DNA of 64,000 bases from Candidatus Kapaibacterium sp. (GCA_032027125.1 JAVSMQ010000001.1:12819-76818); one strand, 5' to 3'. Counted from the first letter of the stretch, positions 30,869 through 41,194 are shown. The notes: generated by a model from the letters alone, not told the origin. Program-made: numbers and translations.

Positions 30869-32890
30869 TTAATTATTATGTACAGTAAGCGGCAGAGATA
30901 TTTTAACGGTAGTTCCTTCACCCGATTTTGAGGAGATTGAAATATCACCGCCCATAATTTGGGAAAATTCTTTACAAATTATCAGTCCTAAACCGGTACC
31001 CCGCTCTCCGTTTGTACCTATATCGGGCTTTTTATAATCAATTCTGAATAAATTATCAAGGTCAATTTCATCAATTCCAACACCGTTATCTTTTATAATA
31101 AATACCGCCTGACCATTATTTGACTCGTTAGATAATTCAATTGTACCGCCGCTGTTTGTAAATTTTATTGAATTATTAACAGTATTACGAATCAGTGTAT
31201 CAAACAAATTAACATCATTATCTATAATCAAATTCTTGTCAACATAATTGTTAATTGTAATATTTTTATTGTTTGCAGTTGTAATCAATAAATCAATGGT
31301 TGATTGAACGGAAGCATTTGCATTAAATCTTGACTGATTAATTTCAAGAGAATTTCGTTGCGCTGTTGACCAAAGCAGAAGATTCTCAAGTAAATTCAGC
31401 ATTTCTGTTGAAGAAATAGCCAGTTCCTTTATGATTTCCTGCTTTTCGATATCAGTAAAATCATCTTTGTAAATATTCATCTGGTCAAGTATCATTTTTG
31501 TTCCGCCCATAGGACCTCTCAGGTCATGAGCAATAATCGAAAAGAATTTATCCTTAGTAGCATTCAAATCCATTAAATTCTTTTCAGACAAGGAAAGAGC
31601 CTCGTTAGTTCTTTTTAATTGTTTAGCCTTAAAGACAAGCATCGCAGTTAATCCAAGCAAAAACAAAGCAAGAAGTCCGATAATATACAGATAAACAGTG
31701 ATTTCGTTCAGATATTTTTTAATAAGAGCATTTTCTTCTTTAGTGCTTTTAACTTCTTCGCGGTATTTTACAACTCTTTCGGCGTTAAAATCACCTTCGA
31801 GACTTAGCGATGCCTGAGCAATTTCGCTGACAACTGCAATTTTATTCAGTGAATCGGTTAGATTTATTAATGTATCCAGATATTTATAAGCATTTTCAAA
31901 ATCACCTAAAGCGAAGTAATTATCGGCAATATTATCATAAAGATTTTTTAAGATAAATGTGTTATTCAGATTCTTTGAAATCTCGAGACTTTTGATATTG
32001 TAATCAATTGATTGTTTAAAATCACCTGATTTAGTGTAATAACTTCCATAAGTGTTATAAATATTGGATATTAATAAATCATTTTTTAATGAATCGGCAT
32101 ACGTCTCGGCAAGTTTTAAAAATGGCAGAGCCCTGGAGGTTTCATTTTGGCTTATTAAAATTCTTGCAAAAAGATTACGGTTTGAAGTAATTAAATCTAA
32201 TCTGTCCGTAAGTTTCAAATAGGTAAAGCCTTTGTCACAAAACTGCTTTGCTTTTGAATAGTTTCCGATAAGATTATAATAATTACCAATATTTGAATAA
32301 ATAAATCCACGGCTGAGAGTGTCGTTTGATTCGATAGAAATTTCCAAACCCTTATCAAGGGTTTCCTTCATTTTTTCATAGTCTTTCAAATCAAGATAGA
32401 TATTTGCAATATTATTAATTACAGACAACATGGAAGGAGTGTTATTATTATTTTTTGCAAAATCATAAGCTTCTCTGTATGCCTTCAGAGCAGCTATATA
32501 ATTATTTTTCTTTTTGTAAATAATTCCGATATTATTCAGGCAGTGATTAATTCCGACTTTAGATTTGATATCCTTTAGAATATTCAAAGACAAGTGATAA
32601 TATTTTAAAGCTGAGTCAAGATTTTCAAGATAATCATTTGCAAAAGCTAAATTGAAATAATACCGCGCTAATTTTTCGGGTTCTTTTATTTTCTTACTAA
32701 GTTCGGATATGGAAACAAGAATTTCTAATGAAACCTCTGGATTACTATTCACTAATGAAGAGGCATATAAGTTATATTCTTTAAATTTCACACTATCAGG
32801 TTTATTTTCCAATGACTTTCTTAAACTGTCAATATTAGAATACATTATATTAGATGAAATCAAAAAGAAGATGACAATAGCTTTAAACAT
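30869..32890 (-). CDS. TPR-sensor histidine kinase (signal peptide, TPR repeats, TM, HisKA, HATPase_c)
   Basis: The H-box is FSIIAHDLRGPMGG. N, G1 and G2 boxes are present (NNSIKFT, DNGVGI, GTGLGL). The N-terminal half is TPR-like, with one TM helix before the kinase core. Confidence 0.88.
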   Translation of the reverse strand: MFKAIVIFFLISSNIMYSNIDSLRKSLENKPDSVKFKEYNLYASSLVNSNPEVSLEILVSISELSKKIKEPEKLARYYFNLAFANDYLENLDSALKYYHLSLNILKDIKSKVGINHCLNNIGIIYKKKNNYIAALKAYREAYDFAKNNNNTPSMLSVINNIANIYLDLKDYEKMKETLDKGLEISIESNDTLSRGFIYSNIGNYYNLIGNYSKAKQFCDKGFTYLKLTDRLDLITSNRNLFARILISQNETSRALPFLKLAETYADSLKNDLLISNIYNTYGSYYTKSGDFKQSIDYNIKSLEISKNLNNTFILKNLYDNIADNYFALGDFENAYKYLDTLINLTDSLNKIAVVSEIAQASLSLEGDFNAERVVKYREEVKSTKEENALIKKYLNEITVYLYIIGLLALFLLGLTAMLVFKAKQLKRTNEALSLSEKNLMDLNATKDKFFSIIAHDLRGPMGGTKMILDQMNIYKDDFTDIEKQEIIKELAISSTEMLNLLENLLLWSTAQRNSLEINQSRFNANASVQSTIDLLITTANNKNITINNYVDKNLIIDNDVNLFDTLIRNTVNNSIKFTNSGGTIELSNESNNGQAVFIIKDNGVGIDEIDLDNLFRIDYKKPDIGTNGERGTGLGLIICKEFSQIMGGDISISSKSGEGTTVKISLPLTVHNN

Positions 32891-33021
32891 TTTTCAAACT
32901 TATAACTTTAAACATTGTTAAAAATAACACAAATTTCCAGAAATTAAATATTATTTTATCAATTTACTGCTTTAAAAAATCCAAATAATGTGAAAATTGG
33001 TGAGTTTAAGTAAATATTTTG

Positions 33022-33029
33022 TAATTTTG
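33022..33029 (+). promoter_or_regulatory. candidate -7 element TAATTTTG upstream of the HAL-like gene
   Basis: The sequence matches TAnnTTTG exactly, 41 nt upstream of the ATG at 33070. The -33 region is only approximate. Confidence 0.3.
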
Positions 33030-33069
33030 CATTTTAAAAAACATATAAAATTAAAAATTGAGGTTAATA

Positions 33070-34596
33070 ATGGCTATCACATTAAACGGTTCAGGTTTGA
33101 CTATCGAAAAGGTAGTCGAGATAGCAAGAAATGGTGCTGCTGTTGAACTTAGTCCGGTATCTGCCGAACTAATTAAAAAATGCCGCATACTCTTAGAATC
33201 AAAGATAGAAAAAAGAGAAATAATGTATGGAGTTAATACCGGAATAGGCGAATTTTCAGAAATGGTTTTAACAGATGAACAAATTAAAGAATTTCAGAAA
33301 TATTTGATTTACAACCATGCTGCAGGAATCGGCGAACCGACCAAAAATGAATTTGTACGTGGTGCAATTACAGGCAGAATCAATGTCCATGCACATGGCA
33401 ATTCCGGCTGTCGGTTAGAGATAACAAATACTCTGGTTGATATGCTTAATAAAGGTGTAACTCCGGTTGTCTGCCAAAAAGGTTCTGTAGGTGCCTGCGG
33501 TGATTTAGCTCCGATGTCTCAGATGGCTTTGTCGCTAATGGGTGAAGGAGAATCTTTCTATCAGGGTGAAAGAATGCCGACAAAAAACGCGTTCGAGAAA
33601 GCCGGCATACCTATTCCCGGTTTACAGGCACGTGACGGACTTGCAACAATAAACGGTTCAAATTTATTGACAGCGATGTCTGCAATTCAGCTTTATGATT
33701 TCAATCGTCTGATTAAACATGCTGAAATAGCAGCAGCAATGTCATTGGAAGCACTTCTGGCTAACATGAAGCCTTATGATTCGAGGCTGCATGAGCTTCG
33801 CGGATTCTCAGGAGCTGTACGTTCTGCCAAATCAATCAGAAAATGTCTTGACGGAAGCGATTTGATGTCCGGCAAAATGAAAACCAAAGTTCAGGATGCT
33901 TACTCAATGCGTTCATCACCGCAGGTAATAGGTGCTGCACATGATGCCTGCAACTATGCCCGTACTCAGGTTGAAATAGAACTAAACGGAGTTGGTGATA
34001 ATCCGATATTTCTCCCTGATGAAAATGTAACATTAACCGGTGCCAATTTCCAGGGGACTCCTGTTTCACTTCCTATGGATATGGCAGGTATTTCACTTAC
34101 AATGGTCTGCATACTATCCGAGAGAAGGCTGAACAGATTATTGAATCCTGCTTTGAGTGTAGGACTACCGGCATTTTTGACCAAAGGAGCAGGTATGTTT
34201 TCCGGTATGATGTTAAGTCAATACACAGCTGATATGTTGATTGTCGAGCAGAAAATTCTCTCGAGCCCGGCATCTATTCAATCTATACCTGCTGCTGCAG
34301 ATCAGGAGGACTTTGTTTCGATGGGTATGAATACAGCCTTGAAAAATCAGCAGATACTTGACAATGCTTTTGGTATTATCGGAATTGAACTGATGGCTGC
34401 AGCCCAGGCTCTTGACTTTAGAGAATTTAAATATGGAGAAGGTGTCAGCCGTGCACGTGAAGTTATTCGCGAACATGTTGATTTTCTTGATATTGACAGA
34501 CCTCTGTTCAATGACCATAATGCAATGGCTGCACTTGTAAAATCAGGTAAAATACTTGATGAAGTTGAAAAACTGGTTGGCAGTTTAGAGAATTAA
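33070..34596 (+). CDS. hutH: histidine ammonia-lyase family (MIO-dependent aromatic amino acid lyase/mutase)
   Basis: The protein is HAL-like along its full length (YGVNTGIGEF, GSVGACGDLAPMSQ, NGSN, QDAYS.R, GNFQG, QEDFVSMG). The start was placed at the ATG after gaggttaata. The MIO triad reads A-C-G rather than A-S-G. Confidence 0.85.
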   Translation: MAITLNGSGLTIEKVVEIARNGAAVELSPVSAELIKKCRILLESKIEKREIMYGVNTGIGEFSEMVLTDEQIKEFQKYLIYNHAAGIGEPTKNEFVRGAITGRINVHAHGNSGCRLEITNTLVDMLNKGVTPVVCQKGSVGACGDLAPMSQMALSLMGEGESFYQGERMPTKNAFEKAGIPIPGLQARDGLATINGSNLLTAMSAIQLYDFNRLIKHAEIAAAMSLEALLANMKPYDSRLHELRGFSGAVRSAKSIRKCLDGSDLMSGKMKTKVQDAYSMRSSPQVIGAAHDACNYARTQVEIELNGVGDNPIFLPDENVTLTGANFQGTPVSLPMDMAGISLTMVCILSERRLNRLLNPALSVGLPAFLTKGAGMFSGMMLSQYTADMLIVEQKILSSPASIQSIPAAADQEDFVSMGMNTALKNQQILDNAFGIIGIELMAAAQALDFREFKYGEGVSRAREVIREHVDFLDIDRPLFNDHNAMAALVKSGKILDEVEKLVGSLEN

Positions 34597-34615
34597 TTTA
34601 ATATCAATCTGAACT

Positions 34616-35218
34616 ATGAAATCTTTTAATATAGCTTTTTTCGCCTCACATGGAGGCAGTAACATGCAGGCATTAATTGATGCTTCAAAATCGGGCAGGC
34701 TTAAATCTACGCCTGCCTTGGTTATATCCAATAATTCCAACTCGATAGTTCTTGAGCGGGCAGTGAAAGAAGAAATACCGAATTTTCATATCAGTTCAAA
34801 TACTCATCCCGATGATAATGTTAGAACTCAATATATAATTAAACTTTTTGAGTTGTATAAAATTAATCTGGTTGTTCTTGCCGGTTATATGAAAAAATTA
34901 CCTGACGAAGTAATAAATAAAGTCAATGGAAGAGTCCTTAACATCCATCCTGCACTACTACCCAAATTCGGAGGTGAGGGTATGTACGGTATGAAAGTTC
35001 ATCAGGCAGTATTAGACGCAAAGGAAACAGAAAGCGGCGTGACAGTTCATTTGGTTGATTCAGAATATGACAGAGGCAGAATATTACTTCAGAGAACAGT
35101 TCCGGTAAATATTGATGATACCCCTGAAACACTTGCTGCAAGAGTTCTTGAAATTGAACACAGGATTTATCCTGAAGTCATTGAAATGATTGAGTCCGGA
35201 AAAATTGAGTTTAATTAA
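34616..35218 (+). CDS. purN: phosphoribosylglycinamide formyltransferase
   Basis: The N-terminus is FASHGGSNMQALID. VLAGYMKKL, NIHPALLPKFGGEGMYG and TVHLVDSEYDRG are typical PurN motifs. Confidence 0.9.
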   Translation: MKSFNIAFFASHGGSNMQALIDASKSGRLKSTPALVISNNSNSIVLERAVKEEIPNFHISSNTHPDDNVRTQYIIKLFELYKINLVVLAGYMKKLPDEVINKVNGRVLNIHPALLPKFGGEGMYGMKVHQAVLDAKETESGVTVHLVDSEYDRGRILLQRTVPVNIDDTPETLAARVLEIEHRIYPEVIEMIESGKIEFN

Positions 35219-35249
35219 TAATTACCTGTAAAATTTTAGAATATTTATA

Positions 35250-36203
35250 ATGATTGAACAAAAAATACCTGTTTTTGATAATATTCTTGAAGCTAATGAA
35301 AGAATAAAACATCAGGTGAAACATACACCTGTTTTGACATCACAAAGTATTAACGACATTCTGGGATGCAGCATTTTCTTTAAATGTGAAAACTTTCAAA
35401 AAGTCGGAGCTTTTAAATTCAGAGGTGCATCCAATGCTGTATTATCGTTAAATGAAAAACAGTCGCGAAATGGAGTAGCCACCCATTCGTCAGGTAATCA
35501 TGCACAGGCTCTTGCTTTAGCCGGAAGTATGAGAAATATACCTTCATATATAGTAATGCCTGATAATTCACCGAAAGTTAAATCAGATGCAGTAGCAGGC
35601 TACGGCGGGAATATTATTTACTGTAAGCCTACATTGGAAGCAAGAGAATCTACTTTAGAAAAGGTTGTTAAGGAAACCGGAGCTGAATTTATACATCCAT
35701 ATAATAATTTTAATGTTATATGCGGTCAGGGTACTGCTGCTTTGGAATTACTCCGTGAAATCAAGGAATTAGATATAGTAATGACTCCGGTAGGAGGTGG
35801 CGGACTTTTAAGCGGAACGTCAATTTCAGTAAAAGCTCTCAGCCCAAATACTTTAGTTATTGCAGGTGAACCCAAAGGAGCAGATGATGCCTTTAAATCA
35901 TTACAAAAAGGTGAAATTGTTCCATCATTGAATCCCAAAACTATCGCCGACGGATTATTAACTTCTCTTGGAATATTAACTTTTGAAATTATTAGAAGTA
36001 ATGTAAGCGAAATCATAACTGTTTCCGAAGAATCAATAATCAGTGCAATGAGATTGATTTGGGAAAGAATGAAAATAATTATTGAGCCTTCTTCGGCTGT
36101 ACCCGTCGCTGTAATAATGGATAACAAAGATAAGTTTTCAGGAAAAAGAGTCGGTATTATTTTATCGGGAGGGAATGTTGATTTGGGTAAGTTACCATTT
36201 TGA
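35250..36203 (+). CDS. PLP-dependent serine/threonine dehydratase family (serine racemase-like, no ACT domain)
   Basis: The PLP-lysine motif is FKCENFQKVGAFKFRGA. SSGNHAQA and the glycine loop PVGGGGLLSG are present. The protein is 317 aa. Confidence 0.85.
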   Translation: MIEQKIPVFDNILEANERIKHQVKHTPVLTSQSINDILGCSIFFKCENFQKVGAFKFRGASNAVLSLNEKQSRNGVATHSSGNHAQALALAGSMRNIPSYIVMPDNSPKVKSDAVAGYGGNIIYCKPTLEARESTLEKVVKETGAEFIHPYNNFNVICGQGTAALELLREIKELDIVMTPVGGGGLLSGTSISVKALSPNTLVIAGEPKGADDAFKSLQKGEIVPSLNPKTIADGLLTSLGILTFEIIRSNVSEIITVSEESIISAMRLIWERMKIIIEPSSAVPVAVIMDNKDKFSGKRVGIILSGGNVDLGKLPF

Positions 36204-36322
36204 TGAACGGAATAATTTAAAAAAATTAACTAAATATTTATATGAAGTTAATTTCAAATATTGCCTAACCTACGGATTAATGTCGTAAAAAGCATCAAAA
36301 TTGTCCTAAAAAACCAACAACA

Positions 36323-36355
36323 TTTGTTTACAAAAAATAAATATAACTAAATTTG
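36323..36355 (+). promoter_or_regulatory. candidate Bacteroidota-type promoter (TTTG ... TAAATTTG) upstream of nuoA
   Basis: TTTG lies at 36323-36326 and TAAATTTG at 36348-36355, with a 21-nt spacer. The site is about 160 nt upstream of the nuoA start codon. Confidence 0.3.
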
Positions 36356-36516
36356 CAATATATGTTAAGTATGTGATTTTCAACATGTTATCAATATTTT
36401 AATTTTGACTTACGAATTTTAGATTTAATTATTTTAAATTTAATTTTATTTTCAATGAATTTTTGCTTAGTTTTGCTTTGCTTGATTGAGTAAATTAAGA
36501 TTTTTATGGTAATGAT

Positions 36517-36957
36517 ATGTTAACTGAATATTCTGTAGTATTAGTCTTTCTTATAGTTGGTGTTTTGTTTGTTGCGGCAGGAATTGTTACCGCTGCACTT
36601 ATACGCCCAAGCCACCCGAATCCACGAAAAAATTCCACTTATGAATCAGGTGAAGAGCCAATCGGTACACCATGGGTTCAGTTCAATAACCGATTTTATA
36701 TTATAGCACTTGCATTTATTATTTTTGATGTGGAATTGGTAATGCTTTTTCCATGGGCAGTGGTATTTAAAGATATCGGCTGGTTTGCATTTTGGGGTAT
36801 GATAGTATTTGCTTCCATTCTTGCACTTGGTTTGGCTTACGATTGGGCAAAAGGACTCTTGGACTGGGAAAAACCTATTCCGCAGATTCCTGTTTTATCA
36901 GACCTTGTGACTACCAGAGAAGAGTATTTGAGTAATATGAAGAATAAAGAAAATTAA
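36517..36957 (+). CDS. nuoA: NADH-quinone oxidoreductase subunit A
   Basis: Three TM helices and the TYESGEEPIG motif are present. It is the first gene of the nuo cluster. Confidence 0.9.
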   Translation: MLTEYSVVLVFLIVGVLFVAAGIVTAALIRPSHPNPRKNSTYESGEEPIGTPWVQFNNRFYIIALAFIIFDVELVMLFPWAVVFKDIGWFAFWGMIVFASILALGLAYDWAKGLLDWEKPIPQIPVLSDLVTTREEYLSNMKNKEN

Positions 36958-36965
36958 GGTAAAAA

Positions 36966-37619
36966 ATGGGTTTATTAAATAGATTAGATAATCCTATACA
37001 TGGTGATGGATTAATATTGGGAACAGTTGAGGATCTACTCAACTGGGGCAGAAGTAAATCAGACTGGTATCTGCAGTTTGGACTTGCCTGCTGTGCTATC
37101 GAATTTATGGCACTTAACGCATCGCATTTTGACATGATGAGATTTGGTGCTATTCCACGTACCTCGCCCCGACAGGCAGACTTTATTATTGTTTCAGGAA
37201 CTGTTACACTGAAAATGGCAGATAGAATAAAAACGCTGTACGAACAGATGTCAGAGCCAAGATATGTAATGTCAATGGGTTCGTGTGCAAATTCCGGCGG
37301 TCCTTACTGGGAACATGGTTATCATGTTCTAAAAGGTGTGGACAGAGTTATTCCGGTTGACGTGTACGTACCGGGATGCCCTCCAAGACCGGAAGCATTT
37401 TTTGAGGGATTGGTGAAATTACAGGGCATGATAAGCCACCAGGCAATTTTCAGAAAACGTGAAAAAATGTCACCCGAAGATTTAGCTGACCTCGACCTTA
37501 GAAATAAAAAACTTAAGGAATATAATGACAGATTTGAGCAGGAAACCATCGAACATGGTATAAATCCACCTGTTACATACAGCGGCTACTCACTTGATTT
37601 CAAAAAGGACGGAGAATAA
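36966..37619 (+). CDS. nuoB: NADH-quinone oxidoreductase subunit B (with roughly 60-aa C-terminal extension)
   Basis: The N2 cluster cysteines are present ([29 protein letters not shown]). Confidence 0.93.
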   Translation: MGLLNRLDNPIHGDGLILGTVEDLLNWGRSKSDWYLQFGLACCAIEFMALNASHFDMMRFGAIPRTSPRQADFIIVSGTVTLKMADRIKTLYEQMSEPRYVMSMGSCANSGGPYWEHGYHVLKGVDRVIPVDVYVPGCPPRPEAFFEGLVKLQGMISHQAIFRKREKMSPEDLADLDLRNKKLKEYNDRFEQETIEHGINPPVTYSGYSLDFKKDGE

Positions 37620-37620
37620 T

Positions 37621-38097
37621 ATGTCTGCTAATGAAATATATGAAAAACTAAAAGCGGAATTTGGAGAAGATATTTTATCTTTTACCGAAGATGCTGCCAA
37701 TGAAGCCTTTATCGTTGTTAATCCATCAAGAATTGTAGAGATAAGTCTGTATTTAAGAGATGAATCTGAGATGAAATTCGATTACATGGTTAATTTATCA
37801 GGTGTTGATTACGGAACTAATCTAACGGTAGTTTACCATCTTTATTCTATTCCTTTAAATCAACGCATTGTTCTTAAAGTCGAGCTTGACAGAGAAAATC
37901 CAAATGTACCTTCTGTTGAAAAAGTTTGGAAAACTGCAAACTGGCACGAAAGAGAAGCTTATGATATGTTCGGAATTGTTTTCGAAAATCATCCGTTTAT
38001 GGTTAGAATATTATGCCCTTATGACTGGGAAGGCTATCCTCTTCGTAAAGACTATGTCCAGCCTGAGACTTATCATGGTATTAAGGTAGCTTATTAA
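37621..38097 (+). CDS. nuoC: NADH-quinone oxidoreductase subunit C
   Basis: The WHEREAYDMFGIVFENHP motif is present. The start was set at the ATG at 37621, immediately after the nuoB stop codon. Confidence 0.9.
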   Translation: MSANEIYEKLKAEFGEDILSFTEDAANEAFIVVNPSRIVEISLYLRDESEMKFDYMVNLSGVDYGTNLTVVYHLYSIPLNQRIVLKVELDRENPNVPSVEKVWKTANWHEREAYDMFGIVFENHPFMVRILCPYDWEGYPLRKDYVQPETYHGIKVAY

Positions 38098-38128
38098 TTT
38101 CAGAAAATTAATCTTCAGATGAAAAATA

Positions 38129-39283
38129 ATGATTGAAAAAAAAATATTAGATGTAGATTTTAGCAGAGTAGAAACGGAAAGGATGAGGATAAACATGGGT
38201 CCTCAGCATCCATCTACTCACGGTGTACTCCGTCTGGAAGTTGAATTGGACGGTGAGATTGTTACAGAAGTTGTTCCCCATATCGGATATCTTCACAGGT
38301 GCTTTGAAAAAACCTGCGAAAAGATGTCTTATCCTCAGGTTATTCCTTTTATAGACAGAATGGACTATATCGCTTCTATGAATAACGAGCTTCCTTATGT
38401 TATGGGTATGGAAAAACTCCTTAATATTAATATTCCTGAAAGAATTGAAATGATAAGGGTGGCAATGTGCGAGCTGAACAGAATAGCTAATCATCAGCTT
38501 GCGGTGGCGACATTCGGTCTTGATGCAGGTGCATTCAGCCCCTTTCTGTATTTATTCCGTGACCGCGAAATGATTCTAAATCTTTTCGAAAAGACTTCGG
38601 GCGGCAGATTACTCTATAACTATTTTTGGATTGGCGGATTGATGAGAGATGTCCCCCCTACTTTCAAAAGCGATTGTTTAGAGATTATCAGCACTGTCAG
38701 AAAAACAAATGCCGAAGTAATGGACCTTTTAATAGGTAACAGCATTTTCATAGAAAGAACAATTAATGTAGGAATTTTGCCGGGAGATGTAGCGGTCAAT
38801 TTCGGTGTAAGCGGTCCTGTACTTCGCGGTTCGGGCGTAGCTTATGATTTAAGAAGAAGCGAGCCGTATTCAATTTATGACAAATTTGATTTTGATGTTG
38901 TTGTCGGCAAAGGTGAACTTGGTACTATTGGTGATTGCTGGGACAGAAATATTGTCAGAATGAGAGAAATGGAGCAAAGCTGCAGGATAATTGAACAGAT
39001 TATTTCTCAATTCCCTGATGAAAGTTCAGATGTGCGTGCATTGTGTCCGAGAAGAGCAAAACCTCCGAAAGGCGAAATATATGCAAAGGCTGAAAATCCT
39101 AAAGGAGAATTAGGATTTTATATCGTTAGCGACGGAACAGTAAATCCTTACAGAATGCGTTCGAGAGCTACAAGTTTTGTGAATCTTAGCGTTCTGCCGG
39201 AGATTACAAAAGGTTATATGATTGCAGATTTAATTATGATTCTTGGAAGTCTCGACATTGTGTTGGGCGAAATTGACAGATAA
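38129..39283 (+). CDS. nuoD: NADH-quinone oxidoreductase subunit D
   Basis: NMGPQHPSTHGVLRL, GYLHRCFEK and the C-terminal DIVLGEIDR are present. Confidence 0.95.
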   Translation: MIEKKILDVDFSRVETERMRINMGPQHPSTHGVLRLEVELDGEIVTEVVPHIGYLHRCFEKTCEKMSYPQVIPFIDRMDYIASMNNELPYVMGMEKLLNINIPERIEMIRVAMCELNRIANHQLAVATFGLDAGAFSPFLYLFRDREMILNLFEKTSGGRLLYNYFWIGGLMRDVPPTFKSDCLEIISTVRKTNAEVMDLLIGNSIFIERTINVGILPGDVAVNFGVSGPVLRGSGVAYDLRRSEPYSIYDKFDFDVVVGKGELGTIGDCWDRNIVRMREMEQSCRIIEQIISQFPDESSDVRALCPRRAKPPKGEIYAKAENPKGELGFYIVSDGTVNPYRMRSRATSFVNLSVLPEITKGYMIADLIMILGSLDIVLGEIDR

Positions 39284-39331
39284 TTTGTTTTATAAAATTT
39301 TAACAAAAGTATAAACATAGAAAGATAAATT

Positions 39332-40381
39332 ATGGAACAGAATTTTCTATATTCTATATTTGGAGACGGAATAATTACTTATGCAATATTGGTAGTAATA
39401 CCGCTTGTATTTGTATTAATCTATGCACTTGTTGCGATTTTGGGTGAATTAAAAATTGCATCATGGATTCAAGACCGTCTCGGACCTATGCGAACCGGTT
39501 GGAAAGGAGTTTTGCAGCCGCTGGCAGAGGTAATCAAACTATTACAAAAAGAAGATATCGTACCTGATGCAGCAAACAAACCACTGTTTAATCTTGCACC
39601 TTATGTTATGTTTACAGGTGCTTTCGGTGCATTTGCTGCAATTCCGTTTGCATTCAATTTCGTGCCTGCTCATTTGAATATAGGTTTATTTTATATTTTC
39701 GCTTTAGGTGCTTTTTCTATAATTGGTATAGTAATGGGCGGCTGGGCATCAAACAATAAATATTCGCTGCTCGGTGCAATGCGCGGTGTATCTCAGATGG
39801 TAAGCTACGAAATTCCTATTGCACTTGCATTGTTATCAATTGCTGCACTTGCCGGCTCGCTTGACCTTCAGGAAATTATCAGTCAGCAATCCGGCGGATT
39901 CTGGAATTGGAATGTGTTCGGCGGTTATGGCTCAATATGGAAAATTCTTGTTATTCCATTTACTTTAGGATTATTTATCATACATTTTGTTGCCAGTTTA
40001 GCTGAAACCAACAGAATACCTTTTGACATACCTGAAGGAGAATCGGAAATCGTCGCCGGTTATCATACAGAATACAGCGGAATGAAGTTTGCGATGTTCT
40101 TTTTTGCTGAATATGCAAATATGTTTACCGTATCTGCTATTATCACAATTTGTTTCTTCGGCGGCTGGCAATCACCTTTCGGTGATTTTTTGAATCAGGC
40201 GTATATGCAGCCTGTTTGGTTTATTTCTAAAGCAATGGGTTTTGTATTCGTACAGATTTGGCTTCGCTGGACATTACCCAGATTACGCGTTGACCAACTA
40301 ATGTATGTAAGTTGGAAAGTTATGACACCACTGGCATTTGTTTGCTTTGTAGCAATTGCTGTCTGGAGTATGCTTAGATAA
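39332..40381 (+). CDS. nuoH: NADH-quinone oxidoreductase subunit H
   Basis: WIQDRLGPMRTG, the ETNRIPFDIPEGESEIVAGYHTEYSG motif and 8 TM helices are present. The gene follows nuoD after a 48-nt gap. Confidence 0.95.
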   Translation: MEQNFLYSIFGDGIITYAILVVIPLVFVLIYALVAILGELKIASWIQDRLGPMRTGWKGVLQPLAEVIKLLQKEDIVPDAANKPLFNLAPYVMFTGAFGAFAAIPFAFNFVPAHLNIGLFYIFALGAFSIIGIVMGGWASNNKYSLLGAMRGVSQMVSYEIPIALALLSIAALAGSLDLQEIISQQSGGFWNWNVFGGYGSIWKILVIPFTLGLFIIHFVASLAETNRIPFDIPEGESEIVAGYHTEYSGMKFAMFFFAEYANMFTVSAIITICFFGGWQSPFGDFLNQAYMQPVWFISKAMGFVFVQIWLRWTLPRLRVDQLMYVSWKVMTPLAFVCFVAIAVWSMLR

Positions 40382-40405
40382 TTTATTATCAAAATGAGAT
40401 TAAGT

Positions 40406-41194
40406 ATGGAATATTTTAGAAAAATATATGAAGGCTTGTCAACTACCGCTATAGGTATGAAAATCACCTTCGAACATTTATTCGGAAAAAAGGTAACTAA
40501 TCAATACCCTGAGCATTATCATCCGATAACCTCAGGTGATATGCCTTTACATTCACGAAACAGACTTTTTGTAGATATGAACGGCTGCGACGGCTGCGAT
40601 AGTTGTGCCAAAGCATGTCCGCTAAATTGTATTACTGTCGAAACTATCCGTGTAACTCCCGATGACCCGAATATACCTGACATGAACTCGGGTAAGAAAA
40701 GAAAAATGTGGGTTCCGACACACGAAATTGATTTTGCCAAATGCTGTTTTTGTTCACTTTGTACGCTTGTCTGCCCTACTGAAGCTATATATATGACTCA
40801 GGAATTTGAGTATTCAGAATTTGACCGTGAGAAATTGAAATATAATTTTTCTAACCTCACTGCCGAAGAATCTGAAGAAAAAAGAAAAATGTTTGAAGAA
40901 TATCAAATAGCAAAGAAAAAGGAACAGGAAGAAAAGAAAATTGCTGAAGCAGAAGCCAAAAAAGCTGCTGAAGAAGCTAAAGCTCAGGAGCCGTCTGTTT
41001 CTGAAGCTGCTGTTGTTCCAGCCGAGGCTGTTGCAGAAGAATCAAGTTGCGGCAGTGGTGAAGAAGTTGACTTGCTGCATGTTGAGTTAAGCCCTGAAGA
41101 AATTGAAAAGCAGAAAGCTAAAGAAGCCCGCAGAGCGGAGAATGAACGTAAAAGGGCTGAAAGATTAGCTGCTGCAGCTAAGGATAACGGATGA
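40406..41194 (+). CDS. nuoI: NADH-quinone oxidoreductase subunit I with roughly 110-aa Glu/Lys/Ala-rich C-terminal extension
   Basis: Two 4Fe-4S motifs are present (CDGCDSCAKACP and CCFCSLCTLVCP). An alternative start lies at 40394. Confidence 0.9.
   Translation: MEYFRKIYEGLSTTAIGMKITFEHLFGKKVTNQYPEHYHPITSGDMPLHSRNRLFVDMNGCDGCDSCAKACPLNCITVETIRVTPDDPNIPDMNSGKKRKMWVPTHEIDFAKCCFCSLCTLVCPTEAIYMTQEFEYSEFDREKLKYNFSNLTAEESEEKRKMFEEYQIAKKKEQEEKKIAEAEAKKAAEEAKAQEPSVSEAAVVPAEAVAEESSCGSGEEVDLLHVELSPEEIEKQKAKEARRAENERKRAERLAAAAKDNG

Noticed and set aside
39284-39331. The missing nuoE/F/G genes were considered as a possible assembly gap or deletion artefact.
   Set aside because: The nuoD-nuoH spacer is a clean 48 nt of continuous sequence. 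The 11-gene arrangement is a known natural variant.
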